DNA from: Callorhinchus milii
Taxonomy: Eukaryota
Direction of reading: 5' to 3'
NCBI RefSeq assembly: GCF_018977255.1
Contig: NW_024704742.1
Location: 121,212,001 to 121,276,000 of the forward strand
Length of the DNA stretch: 64,000 bases
The notes under the pieces were generated by a model, which saw only the letters and a program-made list of their open reading frames with translations, was not told the DNA's origin and did no database searches. Position numbers and translations under genes: made by a program. Within the stretch, counting starts at the first letter, position 1. Each line of letters begins with the position of its first letter. Shown here in pieces: positions 13,150-26,829 of the stretch.

Positions 13150-13760
13150 TCATACACGCATTCGTCACCACAAGGCTCGACTACAGAAACTCCCTCCTTG
13201 TCGGCCTCCCCAACTCCTCCCTCCACAAGCTGCAGATCATCCAGAATTCTGCAGTTCGTGGCCTCTTCCGCACCAGGCTCGGTGACCCCATCACCCCCAC
13301 CCTCGCCCGACCCCACTGGCTCCCAATCTCTCAGAGGATAGGATTCAAAACCCTTGTCCTCACTTTCAAGACTCTCCAAGGCCTTGCCCCCTCCTACATC
13401 TCTGACCTGCTGATCCCCTATCAACCTGTCCGCTCCCTCTGCTCAGCAGGCTCCAGCCTGCTCCAAATCTCCCGCCTGACCCGCCCTACCATCAGCTGCC
13501 GGGCTTTCAGCCTCTCTCCCCCCTCTTTGGAACTCCATCCCACAACCCCTTCGTCTTGCTCCCTCTCTTGCCTCCTTCAAGGCACGACTCAAGACCCTCC
13601 TTTTTGGTTATGCCTTCAGCTGCCCTCCTACCCCCTCTGCCCTTCCTCATCCTAACCCTGCACCCCAAGCTCAGGTCCTGAAACCTGACTGTTCAGCACC
13701 TTGGGACGTCCTCCCGACGGGAAAGGCAGTTTACAAATGTAATTTTGTTGTTGTTGTTGA
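13150..13760 (+). mobile_element. L2 LINE 3' part (subfamily A)
   Basis: [19 protein letters not shown]...[14 protein letters not shown]; (TTG)n tail. Confidence 0.93.
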
Positions 13761-13889
13761 TTACTTTGGGGGCTCAGGGAACGTGATAATTTCCTTCAGG
13801 AGATTGACACAAAGGAGTGAAATCAATCATAGAATGTGTGGCTGTATGAATATGCTTGATGGGCTGAATGATTTTTTATGTTTCATTTC

Positions 13890-14250
13890 ATTTTCTCTTG
13901 GAGGATGCTATCTACTATGATAAGTCTTGGAAAACACTGCAGTAAATTGCGATTGATAAAACGGAATAGTTTCTCGCAATTACCCACATAATCTTGATAA
14001 TGTTCCTATCTTCACTTGCCACATGGAGGAGACTTATGAGGTAGTTGGCAATTCCAAACCCCTTAGTAATAATTTCACAGTAAGCTGAGGTGATGATGAT
14101 TTTAAACTTTTCCAGCTCATAGAAAGTTTTCTAACCACAGGCATTAATGACATTGGTTTGAAGTCAGCTTTAATACATCTGGTGGTATGACTTTGGCACT
14201 GGAGTTAAGTTTATGGCCTTTTTAAGTTAAGGCGTTCGATCATTTGGAAC
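13890..14250 (-). pseudogene. Very decayed non-LTR (CR1/L2-group) RT relic, distinct from the local L2/CR1 copies
   Basis: Hand translation of the minus strand gives NLTPVPK...ADFKPMSLMPVVRKL, ANYLISLLH and FSKTY.VDSIL in the order expected for the RT motifs PVPK..DxRPISL, xLISLLH, DFSKAFD. Confidence 0.45.
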
Positions 14251-14382
14251 TCTTTAAGTATAAGCAGAAGAAATGCCAGATATTAGCCCTTCAAAAAAAG
14301 TACGTTTTCAGTATCACCCACCTCCCTACCATTAGCAATCTGATTTTAGATCAAATTGCCTACATACTAAGAAAATAATATT

Positions 14383-14620
14383 AATCCTTGCATTTATATA
14401 ACACCTTTCACATCAGGAGGAAATTCTTCACAGGATTTTACTGTAAAGCATAGTGGTTGTGTATTGTGTAGGTGATCATGGCAGCCAATTTGCACACAGC
14501 AATGTCCATAAACAGCCATGAAGTGAGTAATCAATTTTATCCTTTGGCCAGGACACCGAGGGTAACTCTTTTGTAAACAGGCAAACTGAGCCTTGGTTTA
14601 ATGTTTCATCCAAAACATGG
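14383..14620 (-). mobile_element. Deu-domain SINE 3' part
   Basis: ttggccaggacaccg...ggtttaatgtttcatccaaa. Confidence 0.75.
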
Positions 14621-14636
14621 ATTAGGATGAGAAACA

Positions 14637-14858
14637 CGAATCATAGAATTATACAGCACAGAAGGAGGCCATTTGGCCCATCATGTCTGTGCCAGCTCTT
14701 TTAAAAGAGATATCCAAATCAATCCCACTCCCCTGTGCTCTCACTGTAGCCCTGCAAACTTGTCCTCCCCAAATAATTATCTACTTCTCTCTTAAAAGTT
14801 GTTATTGAATCAGCTTCCGCCACCCTTTCAGGCAATACAATCCAGATCCAAACAACTC
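14637..14858 (-). mobile_element. CR1 LINE 3' UTR
   Basis: atcatagaattatacagcacagaaggaggccatttggccc terminus. Confidence 0.8.
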
Positions 14859-16209
14859 ATCCTGGCTGATTGTTCCCTCATCCTAACCCAGGGCCATTAA
14901 GGCCAGTTATAATTCCTTAATTGAGAATGCTTAACTCATCAAAGATTGATAATTGAATCGGCAGTCTTCCATGCTACATGACTTATTCCTACACTAACAG
15001 ATACCTTACCCCACTGAGCTATGTAGGATAATTTCTAACCAGCTGGAACAAATTCTTGACAAATTCTGGAGCAAATTATATTCATATGTCATTTATAATT
15101 TTTTCAAGAGTCACAATTTTTTAAATTTGCAATGTTCAAATGTGATAGTTTGTTGAGGAAACTGTTTGTTGTGACTGGAGGAACTGTTCAATGATGAAAC
15201 AGCTACGCATTAACATTCTGCTTTAGAAAAGCTGAGAATGAGTATCTCACTCAGTAAAGTACACTGTTGGTCTTTTTGGTTTTTAATGCTAAGACTTTGA
15301 GCTCAAGTCCTGACATGGGACTTAAACCAAAAATCTTCTGACCCAATTGGCAAGAGTGCTACTAACTGGGCCAGACTGATAAGATAATACTGATAACAGT
15401 ACAACATGAATCTGACCATCACTTTGGAATGTGGATGCGAAAATATTGTAATGCTCAAAGTGTTATTCAGAGACTAGGAGTCAATCTTGGGGATCATAAG
15501 GAATTTAGGGAATTTACCCCTGCCCTAATTGGAATGTTTGATGCTATTACCAAGATGAGGAAATATTCCATTCCAAAGGTTTGCCATTCTCATCAAAGTG
15601 AGCACAAAATTCCTTTATTGGAGAAAAGTATACATTTTAAATGAATCAATACTAGGCCCTCTTAGCTCCCAGAATAGACAGGCTGAATAAGAGTCCTGAA
15701 AGCCTGTTGCATAGTTACATCCTTATCAAATCTATGATTTCAGACACACTTCTCACATGCGCCAGAACAACCATCGCTGTACTTATGTAAGGTTGCTCAG
15801 CCCACATTAGCGTCTAATAACAGCATTTAAGGCCCACACAAACCATTTTCATTTATTGCTTGCCTTTGGCCCAATAGTTCCCTTCTACCTGCTGTTGTGC
15901 TACTAATATTCTCCCAAACTGTTTCAACCAAATCAGTATTCAGTGAAATAGGTAACCAAATAATATGATAGCACAGCCCAGATTGGAGTCTAATACACAG
16001 CATTTAAGGCCCGCACAAGCTATTTAGGTTTAGCTGAAGAAAGCCATTTGTCCCAGATTTTCCAGAATACTGATTCTGCCTTCTTCTCATTTTACAATAT
16101 AAATAATAATCCTTGCAATTGATATAATGCCTTATCACGTATTCAAGAGACTCAAAGCGCTTCACAGAATATACTGTAAAGTTAATTGATTGTATATTTT
16201 GTGGTGAAT

Positions 16210-16530
16210 GACACTATCCCCAAGAAATTATTTGCACCTGTCAGTGAATCAGTGACTGGAGCACATCAATTGAAGTTAATTACCAAAGGAGCAAAAAGAA
16301 AGATTAGGAGGATTTTCTTTTACACAGAGAGTTGTTAGGATGTGGAATGTTATGCTGGATGCAATAATTACGCAATTCATATTAGTTTTCGAGAGGGATC
16401 TGGATAGATATCTTAAAAAGGAGTAATGCGCAGGGGTATGGGGAGAAGGTAGGAAAATTGGATTGAATTGGTTGCCTTTTCAAAGAGTCAGCACAGATAT
16501 AATGGGTCAAATGGCCTTCTATGATTTTAT
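16210..16530 (+). mobile_element. CR1 LINE 3' end
   Basis: ttctttt acacagagagttgttaggatgtggaat (FFTQRVVRMWN) and aaatggccttctatgattttatg terminus. Confidence 0.8.
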
Positions 16531-17344
16531 GGTGTACAGCCTACCTGTTCCCCTCAACATTGGACTCAATTACGATGCAGCTTGATGCCATAAGGAATAG
16601 ATGGCAGTGTTGGTATACTGAAAAAATAAGGTTAGCCTTCCTCATCTATAAGCACTTTGATGTCTCGAAGATGTGATAAGGCCGCTATATCAATTGCAAG
16701 GGTTATTACCATTATTATTATCTGTACCTCTCTGGGATCTTGGGATTTGGACTGGGATATATGAATATACCTAACCCTAGATTTTTGCACGTCATCCAAC
16801 TTTGCACAATACAGAAACCTTCCAGAGACTGCTGATGCATAGCCAAATCCTTTCAAGTATCTTTGAAATTGTATTAATGCTTATCAATGTCATTTTCTTC
16901 TCTTCACTGTGATTATGACTGTCAGGGATTGCAAGTTTATAGCTTTACATTCTATGACAGGAAGATTTATTTGTAACAGGAAAATAATGTCCACAGACTT
17001 CCCATGTCAAAGAGATCTTTCAATATTCCAAGACACTCTTGATGACAGACCGACCAGCCAAGAAGCTTGCCAACCAGTGATCTCAGTGACAAGCTGTGTG
17101 GTTTCAACTGGTTTAACTCCAGCAATACTCCAAGGCACACTCTGGGGCACTCAGGCCTTGGCTCTCATCAATCTATACCTAATCCTCTCTATAATTAGGT
17201 AAAGCAGGTTATATCTGTTCAGAGAGAAAGAGGACAGTTCTATTCATAGGTGGCACGCGTATGTGGACCTCTCAGTCTAATTTGGGTGCTCTTAAGCATG
17301 GTGATGATTTTTGATTGTGTTAAACACCTGGCTGTCAAAAAAAC

Positions 17345-17856
17345 AAAGGACATACTCGACTTAGAGGGGGTACAGCATAGATTCACTAAGTTGGTTCGTG
17401 GGATGAGGGGGTTGACCCATGAGTATAGGTTGAGTAAACTAGGCCTATATTCTCTAGAATATAGAAAAATTAGAAGTGATCTTATAGAAACCTATAAGAT
17501 TCTTAAGGGTCTTGAAAAAGTGGATGCCGTGAGATTGTTTCCCCTGGTTGGAGAATCTAAAACTAGGGGTCATAGTCTCAAAATTAAGGGTCAGCCTTTT
17601 TGAACTGAGTTGGAGAAATATTTCTTCACTCAGAGGGTAGTAAATTTGTGGAATTCTCTACCCCAGAAGGCTGTGGATGCTCAGTCCTTGAATATATTCA
17701 AGACTGAGGTTGATAGATTTCTAAAGGATAGAGGGATTAAGGGATATGGGGATAGGGCGGGTAAATGGAATTAGGTTAGAAGATCAGCCATAAACTGGTG
17801 GGGCAGGCTCAAGGGGCCGAATGGCCTACTCCTGCTACTACATCTTATGGTCTTAT
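17345..17856 (+). mobile_element. CR1 LINE 3' end, relatively young
   Basis: LEGVQHRFTKLV...LYSLEYRKIRSDLIETYKILKG...TRGHSLKIKG; 3' UTR ggccgaatggcctactcctgct. Confidence 0.93.
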
Positions 17857-17884
17857 TTTGATTTATTTTTCTTCTATTAAAATA

Positions 17885-18400
17885 GGGTACTTCACTCCAA
17901 GGGACAATTACTCATGTGTAAGCCTTGGCAATGAGTCTTAACCAGTTATTTGACACAGGAGGTACTGTAGCTGAGCCCAATTCTGTGCTCATGTTTCATC
18001 TACACTTCCACACAACAATAACAAATCACATTTTTATAACGCCTTCCACACTGGGAGTACATCCCAAGGCAGTATAGTGAGGAGTTTGCATCTGTGGGTT
18101 GGGATCAGAGAGGGGTGGACGGTGGAAGATGACCGAAGGCACGGTTGAATAGGAATGTCTTGAGATGGGCCTTGAAGGAGGCAAGGGAGGAGGTGAGGTG
18201 GAGGGGCTCTGGGATGGAGTTCCAGAGAATGGGGCAGAAAGGCTGAAGACCTGATCATTGAACATGGAGCAGGCAGGGCCGGAGAGGTGGATCAATCCAC
18301 ATTATCCAGCAGAGGTCTCTTCACATTGTGCACTATTCTTAGCTAGTAATAAGGAATGGAAAGGGTGAATATACTCCCTACTTCTAGGCCAATACCACTC
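17885..18400 (-). mobile_element. AmnSINE2-like SINE interrupted by an L2 3' end (18012-18290, minus)
   Basis: SINE motifs atgtgtaagccttggcaatgag...agctgagcccaattctg lie before the L2 block and ccagcagagg after it. Confidence 0.6.
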
Positions 18401-19379
18401 TCAATGCAGCTGCTAAGAGGTATATTAAAATAGCCCAAGAGAACAAACCATTCAGTTTTCCCTCCCTGCCAATCTGTTTAGCCTGAGTCTGTTCTCAGCG
18501 TGCTGCCTTCTCTCCTCCCCCACATAGCATTGCTGAGTTCAGGCATTGCTGAGCTCATTTTGGAAGAATTTATGATTAGGCCCTTACACATGATCAGCTT
18601 GATATTCTGTCCATAATTTTTTTGAGGTATAATGTTAAGTTACTTTTGAGCCAGCAATTCCATTTGCTGGAATCAAATATAAATACTGAACAGAAACTGG
18701 ATGATTCAATGAAAGGAAGCATGAATAATGTCCAAAAATTGATCTCATCGGAGCAGATTGCCTACCTATCTCATTGACTAAGGCTAGGGAACTTGAAAAA
18801 GAGGAGAAATAATATCAATAATCCTTACATTGGGTACAGTGTGTTTCATGTCCGATGGATGTCTCAAAGTGCTTCACAGGGTGTGCTGCAAAGTGCTGTG
18901 ACTGTATTTTTGTAGGGAAAATATATTTACAAACAATGATGTGACTTAAGGAAGCTTTTGAAACTTTATTTTTAAGAATAATGGCGTGAAAAACAGAGCA
19001 TCTCATTTTTCAACTCAATATTTGTTGAACACAAACATATCTTGGGTTAGCAAAATAAATTGACATAGCACAATTTATTCTGTAGGTGGTAGTATTTGGT
19101 CATGTGTTCTTCCATTTACTGTATAAGGTTTTTCATTTATGAGTTTGCTTTGTATTCACTAAGTAACAGTGAATTTTGTTTCAAAATGTTACATTTTTTC
19201 CCCCTTCCCCATTCACAGGCATAACAAAATCATGAAATCAGGTTTCCTGTTCAGTTTGTTTTGGAAATTATTATTATTATAAATGGAATTTAAGTATTGA
19301 AGAGGCAGGTGTTTGTGTGTGAGAGAGAGCGTGGGTGAATGTGTGAGTGTATGAGAATGTGTGCACGTGGGGAAAGGAA

Positions 19380-20148
19380 ATACCTCACTAAGCCAGTTAG
19401 GAACCTGGGTGTCTTGTTTGACCCTGAGCTGTCCTTTCTCTCCCCATCCGCGCCATAACCAGCACTGCCTACCACCATCTCCGCAACATTGCCAGACTCC
19501 GCCACTGCCTCACCCCTCAAGCTGCCGAAACCCTCACCCACGCATTCGTCACATCAAGGCTCGATTATGGAAATTCTCTCCTCATCGGCCTTCCCAACTC
19601 TTCCCTTCACAAGCTGCAGATCATCCAAAACTTTGCAGCTCGTGTACTTTCATGCACCAGGCTCCATGACCCCATCACTCCCACCCTCACCCGACCACTG
19701 GCTCCCCATCCCTCAAATGATTGAATTCAAGATCCTCATCCTCACTTTCAAGGCCATCCATAGCCTTGCCCCCTCCTACCTCTCTGAACCGCTGACTCCC
19801 TACCAACCTGCCCGGTCCTTCCGTTCAGCGGGCTCCGGCCTGCTCCATGTCACCCACCCGACCCACCCTACCATTGATGTCTGGGCTTTCAGCCTCTCTG
19901 TCCCCACACTCTGGAACTCCATCCCATAGTCCGTTTGCCTCGCTTCCTCCCTTGCCTCCTTCAAGGCCGGTCTTGAGACCCTCCTCTTCAATCGTGCCTT
20001 TAGTCGCCCTCCCACCTCTCTGCCTTCCTTCACCCCTACACCAACCCTCCCCCATGCTTGGGTCCTGACCCCTGACTTTCCAGTGCCTTGGGACTTCCTC
20101 CCGATGTGAAAGGCGCTGTTTAAATGTAATTTTGTTGTTGTTGTTGAT
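19380..20148 (+). mobile_element. L2 LINE 3' part inserted in a degenerate (GT/GA)n tract
   Basis: HWLPIPQMIEFKILILTFKAIHSLAPSYLS; (TTG)n tail; GT-rich flanks at 19310-19370 and 20150-20360. Confidence 0.92.
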
Positions 20149-20149
20149 G

Positions 20150-20360
20150 TGTCACTGTGAGTGACTATGCTCTGTGAGCGAGAGTGTACAGGAGTATGTA
20201 TACGTGTGTCAGATTGAGCATGTGTGAATGTGCGTGTGAACATATTTGAGTGTGAGAGAGTATTTGAAGAGTGTGTGATTGTATGTGTGTGTGATATAGA
20301 GAGGGAGGGTGTATGTGAGAGAAAAAGAGACATAGCGTGAATGTGAATTTGTGTCTGTTG
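20150..20360. repeat. Degenerate (GT)n/(GA)n low-complexity tract
   Basis: Interrupted gtgt/gaga runs. Confidence 0.8.
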
Positions 20361-21186
20361 CAGAGGGGTGGAATACAAGTAATTCAAATCAGAAACATCT
20401 AACTTTTGTTCCTTGACTTGAAAATAGATGTAAAATAAGATTTATGTTAAGCAAGTAAGCAATGGATAAAGTGGAACAGAAATTAAAAGAGAAACTTCAA
20501 ACTTAGTCGACTGATGGAAAATCAGATTTTATCTGTTTTAACTTAATCTGAAAATGACATTAGCACTTTGAAGAATTCAATTTCTTTCCTTAATTTCCTG
20601 TTTCATTTGAATATATCATGCATTAAATATTTAAACCAGCAAATTAAATCTGCCTAATAATAGCAGGGCCTGAACAATGTTAAGTTACTGATTATTTGAT
20701 GAGCATTTTTAAATAAATAATAATAAATAATTCTTCCATTTGATGTTGCAGTTTTCAACCTACAGAACATCCACAAAATTTAAGCAAATTAACTAAGTTA
20801 TTGACTAAGTTAACTTTGATCTCACCAAAACTTGTGCTATGTATTATGTTTGTCTGTATAACAACACTCTGCAACTTTATTATATATTATCTAGATTACC
20901 ATCTTTAATGATTCTTTAATTATGTTATTCACTATAGATTCTTCTCGTGATTTGTTCAGTGATCCACATGAACGTAAAAGCGCCCTTGTTGCTTTACTGT
21001 TATTATTTAGAAGAAATGTGAAGCTTTTCACCCAGGTATCATGCCTTATATTCCTGCTCCAAATCCAAATTTACTCCAAATTCAAATTAATGGGTGCTTC
21101 TCTCATTGTTGTTCGTGCAGATTAGCTACTGCGTTACATTTTGCAAAGTTCTTTGAGATATTTATTTTTGTATGAGAAGCACTGTA

Positions 21187-21496
21187 TAATAATAATAATA
21201 TTCCTTGCATTTGATATAGCGCTTTTCACATCTTCTTGACGTCTCAACGCGCTTTACAGAATAGACTGTAAAGTGAATTGATTGTATATTTGTGGGCAAA
21301 ATGCGGCAGCCAATTGCGCACAGCAGTTTCCCACAAACAGTCGTGGATTGAAGTGACCAATTTTTGTTGTTTTTTAAGGGATTATTATCCGTTGAATGGA
21401 GTAAGGAAACTTGCCCAAGGTTTCACCCTGCCGGGAATCGAACCCAGGTCTCTCGCTTGCAAAGTGAGTGCTCTAACCACTGAGCCACAGGACTCC
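21187..21496 (-). mobile_element. Young tRNA-SINE, full-length short variant, nested in the tail of an older SINE
   Basis: Complete head to tail; the flanks rejoin as gaagcactgta|taaatacagg, an old SINE tail. Confidence 0.92.
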
Positions 21497-22499
21497 TAAA
21501 TACAGGTTATAATTTGTATTATTATATAAGCACTGAGAACAAAATAGAATGGGTACTTGTCAACATTTAACATTTGACACCCAAGGTCAAATATAGAGTA
21601 GCCATATGTACAATAGATCTCTGGGGATTCCATCAATTGTGTTCTCAGTCCCAACTTCAGAAGAACAGCCCCGCATGCGGATTTTTCTTATAACCTCTTT
21701 GAAAGCGATTGTCCTTGTTTGCCATATTCTGGGCAGTTTGGGGCTGAGGTCCAGTTTTCTTTCAAAACTAGGTTCAAACTGGTCATTTCATGTAGGCTCA
21801 TTGCAACATAGAAGAGGCATTCATCCTGTCTGTCTGGGCTGGAATTGTATTCAGATTCTTGAGATGAAAGGACAAGTCCATTACACTCTTTTACTTGCAC
21901 CTAACAAGTGGAGACGTCAAGAGAACTGCATTGCACCTCAGCAATTTATTTTCCTGATTTGGTTATTTGAGAAGCTTTGGGACATCCAAGCTGATGCAAA
22001 TGAAGACAATTGTGCACTAGTTCAGTACCAATGTCAGGAAAGGACAGTCTGTGACATGATATAAGATAAAGAACATGTGAACCCAACATGAAGTTTGAAA
22101 GGTAGTTCTCATTTAAAGCCTAAGGCTACTTGTAATGAGGAGAACATAGTATAAGTTGACAGAATTTCTACCATTGATGAGTCTCCCTGATTCGGCTGCT
22201 TTGATGCAATGCTACCAGAGTTGAGTCACAACACTCAAGTTTATTGAGTTTATACTAGTCCAACAAAGCAACAAGTTTTATATTCAATACATTGTACTTT
22301 CTGTATTTTATATTATTGTAATTGTTGCATGTAACAATACAACAACAAATTACATCTGTATAGCGCCTTTTTGCCTAAGATTTCGCCCCACCTGAGAATT
22401 AAATCTGGGTCCTCTAGCTTGTGAGGCAAGTGCAGTAACCACTATATTACGGGACTCCACATACATAACCTGGAGGTAAGGATACAACTGAGTCAAGGG

Positions 22500-22900
22500 G
22501 TCAGCTTAGTTTAGTTGTTAACATTCTTGCTGCTGGGTCAGAGCAATTAGTTCAAGTATTAGGCCTGAATTTGAGCTCATCGTCTGGCTCTGGACTGACA
22601 TTGGCAGAGTGTTACATTGTCAAAGGTCCATTCTTTGGATGAGATGTCAAACAGGAGTCCCATCTACTTGCTCTTCGTGTGAATGTTCAAGATCCTAAAA
22701 CAAATTCAGAAAGAGAAAGGGATTCCTCCTAGTGTATTGGCCAAAAAACCTTCAGGTGATTCGGTCAATCATTGCTGTTGGTACCGCTTTGTGCACAAAA
22801 TAGCTGCTGAGTTTGCATTCAATAAAATAGTCACGACACGTGAAAGAAATTACTTGTTAAGCGCTTTGAGAAATTTCAATTTGATAATTTAATATAAAAA
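22500..22900 (+). mobile_element. Old Deu-domain SINE, near full length
   Basis: ttggatgagatgtcaaac...caagatcc...gtgtattggcc...gtgcacaaaatagctgc. Confidence 0.75.
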
Positions 22901-25900
22901 TTCTTTATCATTTCACTCATGACATTATTCCAATGTTTACCTGCTCAGCAGGTTTGGGAAGTCTATCCATAAGGAAGCAGCAAATAGAGACAAAATATTT
23001 CCTCGAAAGAAAGGATGTAAAATTCAAGCAAGTTCCTAAGGCACCATATTGGGAATAACACAAACAAAAGGCTAAGAGAAAGTCACTGTATCGCTCCTCT
23101 CTCCCAGAGTATTACAGTGGAGAGAACAAGGGAGAGGAGGTGGTTAAGAGAAAAGCAAAAATAAAGATAGAAATGTGAATATTTTATTTTGGAACATTGG
23201 AGAAGACTTTATCTGTTTTTCCAGTGTAGAATTATAAACAGAAATAGAGCAAGAGAAGAAAGGGCAGAGTTTCCCCATTGAAAGCACTGATTCTAAATCC
23301 TGAGTCTTATGATTAGACCTCAGGCAATGAACCACAATGAACAGTTGTTGCTGATCAGCCGCATTAAGCTATAGACCATGCTAGACCAATAATACATGTT
23401 AATGAGGAAAACTGTGTTTTCTGCACATTGTCTCTGACAAGAACAGCCCAGGGGGGGTGGGAGTCAGATTCATGCATGCAGCCGTTCACACCAAAGACTG
23501 AAAAAGCCAGTGTATGATCAGTAAAACTCCCCAAACTGTGTGTTAGAAAGAAAACATAGGCATAGTAAGGGGTAGAGAGGAAACGTATCCGAGAAAATAC
23601 GTGAAGGAATAAAAAAAGGCTAAAAACAGAACACAAAAATGGGAAAAAGAGACAAAAGGGGGAAACAAATCGTTAAATCTAATTTTCATTTTTCATAAAA
23701 CGAGGGCTTTGAATGCTCCAACTTGATGGTTGGATTTAAAATCATGGATCAAACCTTAAGCTGTAGCCATGGGCGCAAGAGAAAGTCGGGTTGAGACTGT
23801 GGATCCAGTAAGATGCACAACCCACTAGATGAAATCTGTGATCTGACATTCTCAATCCCAGTCTCATACTCGCCTCCTCCTCAGAGGGATTTGTTATTTC
23901 CTTTTAATGGCTGGCTGGGATTTGGGCTCAGAGAGCCCAGCTATACCCATGGCTCAGTTATACTGATCTTGAAAATGGCTAGCTCCCCCATTTATAATAT
24001 CAAGCCACAGGCATTTCCCAGAGGAAAGGGCATTTATCCTAACATGCCTTGGGTGCAGTCTATGTTTTTTAAATGCTGATAAAAGTACTGGCATAGCTTG
24101 TTATTGCCAGGAAAGTGTTTTGTCAGGAAGGTGATTTGTACATCCACAAGTTACTCAGTGCTGTTCACTGTTCTCATCAGGTACGCAGCACTGTTCCACG
24201 AAGCCTTTGGTATCCTCAGGGTCTTTTACTCTCAGTCTGCTTATCCGTTGCTGTTGTAAATTCAACTCTGTTTTTCCCCCCCAAAGTAACGTTGCGACTT
24301 TTGTTTCCTCTCGACTTCAAATCCCCTAAAACACAGAGTTGAGGAGATCATTGGATAAACTCAGGAGCTCAATAACCCCCACTTTAAAGAAGGAAAGACA
24401 ATTGGAATTCAGAGGGTAGAATACTTCAAGAGATTACACCAGGGGGCTCCAAATCGTTTCATGTGAGCCTGTATCTCCCACAACTGTATGAAATACATGA
24501 AAACGAACCTTTCCCACATTAGTACAGAGTTATTTGCTGCATCATTCAGTTTTGAAGAAATGCTTTATACACAATCATGAGACATACTTTGGAGAAGTGA
24601 AATTTTATACAGTACCAATGGTCTTAATATTACTAGCACCACACAAAACATGGTTTCAATATACAGGAAATACAATATACAGGCACACTTCTCATTAAGA
24701 GCAACTTCACCCTGTTGTTCAATATCAGAAACAATTGTTTTGCCAGGTCAGTCATGTAGTACGATGTATATGTTGTTCATCGTATTTGTTAGTTTTAAGA
24801 GAGCATTTACAAAGACCCAGTTCTAGGGTTCAGAAATTTCAGTCTGTCTCTCTAGATTAATCTCCATATTTAAACCCTTCCCCCAGGCTCTAAATATGTT
24901 GCCTGTACATTTCCAGTCACAGACAATTAGAAATTTATATGAAAGGGACACAAAAGTGGCCATCCTCAGATGTAAGGTTAACAATTGGGATCTTCTCTGC
25001 TGCTACAAGGTTAAGGTGTCTCTTACAGTGGGTTTAAATAAAGCGATAAACCAGCTACTGGGAATTAAACAAAAACAGAATTTGGGAAGTAGGAAAACAT
25101 GCTCTCTCCTCCCTTGAATGTTGTGTCTAAATGTATTCGGGAAAGAGCATTGTTCACTAACAGTACATGGGTAAGCGTTCTTTGAAGCATAGGAAAAGAG
25201 GAATCTTTGCATAGCAATGTCTAATATTTCTATTAGCTGAACACTGATAGTTCATTACAGTATAAATATTTAATATAAAAATGTTATTAATAAACACCAA
25301 TAACGTTTACCATCGTCATGTAACTGGGATGACGAGAGATGAATGTTTTTTTCATGTCTTTGGATCCTGATTCCAATAGGCAGTGAAATGGGAGATTACT
25401 TCATTACTCTGAATTCACTGACCTGGATGACGGATTTGTTGATATGTTGGAAAGCTTAGCATCGGCCTCAGCTGTACCATGTCTGGCTGAAGTGGTCTGC
25501 CTGTTGCCTAGTTACTGCAGTATGGCTTGTCTGAAAAGATTATTCACTGATCTACAAGTACAATATGTTACAGATGAAAATTTGCATTGTTTCAAACGTT
25601 CGCTGTGGTTTCTTTTTTGTATTGTCTTTTGAAATCATTATTAAAAGCACGGTCACTGAGCTTTGGAATATGCAACGATTCAGCAAGTTGTTTGGTTCCT
25701 TTGAACAAAGTGAAAACATGTCTGTTGTTACCAACTTGTGTCACACACAGTTTTCTGTTATTTGTTCTGAATTCTCCCAATGCAATGAGACCACATGCAG
25801 CTTCAGTGTGGTCTGCATTTTAATGCATTCATCTTTCTATTCGTAAGTAACCTCAACATTACAGATGGCTTGGTGGACAACAACAACGCGAATTCACTCT

Positions 25901-26829
25901 TTCACTTTTGGCCAATTGCAAAATATTTTTTATTGAAAAACTTTTTAAAATATGCAGGGCATTCAGTCATTTGGAGTCGTGGGGTAAACAATTCCTTTTA
26001 TGGTTCTTTTATTTCTCTCTTGTTAATGCAAAAATGTCGTGAGATTACGCTGACACATTGGGGTTTAACATACTCTAATCATTCAAAATAGACTTTGTGT
26101 TAAAAGTTTGCTCTTTGTGATCAGTGTACATTAGATCTCATTCTCACTAGATCATCTCCTCTCACTGCCTACAAAAATGTCAGCAGAGTCACGATGCTGA
26201 AGCCCACATTGTGGTGATTTCTGGTTAGAATCATGTTGGAAGGACAGGATGCAGCACATTAATATTGATTGTGTTAGTCTTTTCCATTCCCAGTGGTGCA
26301 CAAGGAAAAGCACAGTACTTCTGCCAAAAAAGAATAGAATTCATGTATTCCATTTAATGGCGCAAAAGGAATTGTGCTGCAGATTCGAAAACAAAATGTT
26401 TTTCTGATGTTGTCACTAAAACATTGGCCAGCAGGTATCAAGTGACCTGAGGCACCTTTCCTGAATGAGGGACGGGCAATACAGAAAGAGATCAACACGT
26501 ACTCACTCTCTATCAGGCAGATATTGTGTCCATTTGGCTGTAATTTATGAGCAGCGTTGGCTAGGTATGGGACTGACATTGCTAAACGTCTATTTGATCT
26601 CTTAGTGTGTGGGAGTCAGGCAACCCAACACAAGAAATGAGCAACCAGCAAGAGGGAGAAGTATAACAACGGAACCATTCATTTCAGAAGCAGAAATCCA
26701 TTTATAATGCAAAGGGAGAAATGTGTCAGAGAGAATAAGCAAATTACCATTGGCTGCCTTGTGTGTGTCCTTCCTGAATCCTTCTTCCCAGAGGAACCTT
26801 GAAAGGTGAGAATTTAGGAAACTGTATTT

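Noticed and set aside
21606..22064. 152-aa + strand ORF; faint Gypsy-integrase-like pattern on the minus strand
   Set aside because: No recognisable domain or splice signals. The integrase resemblance (CPEYGKQ...EVGT) is too weak without a profile search.
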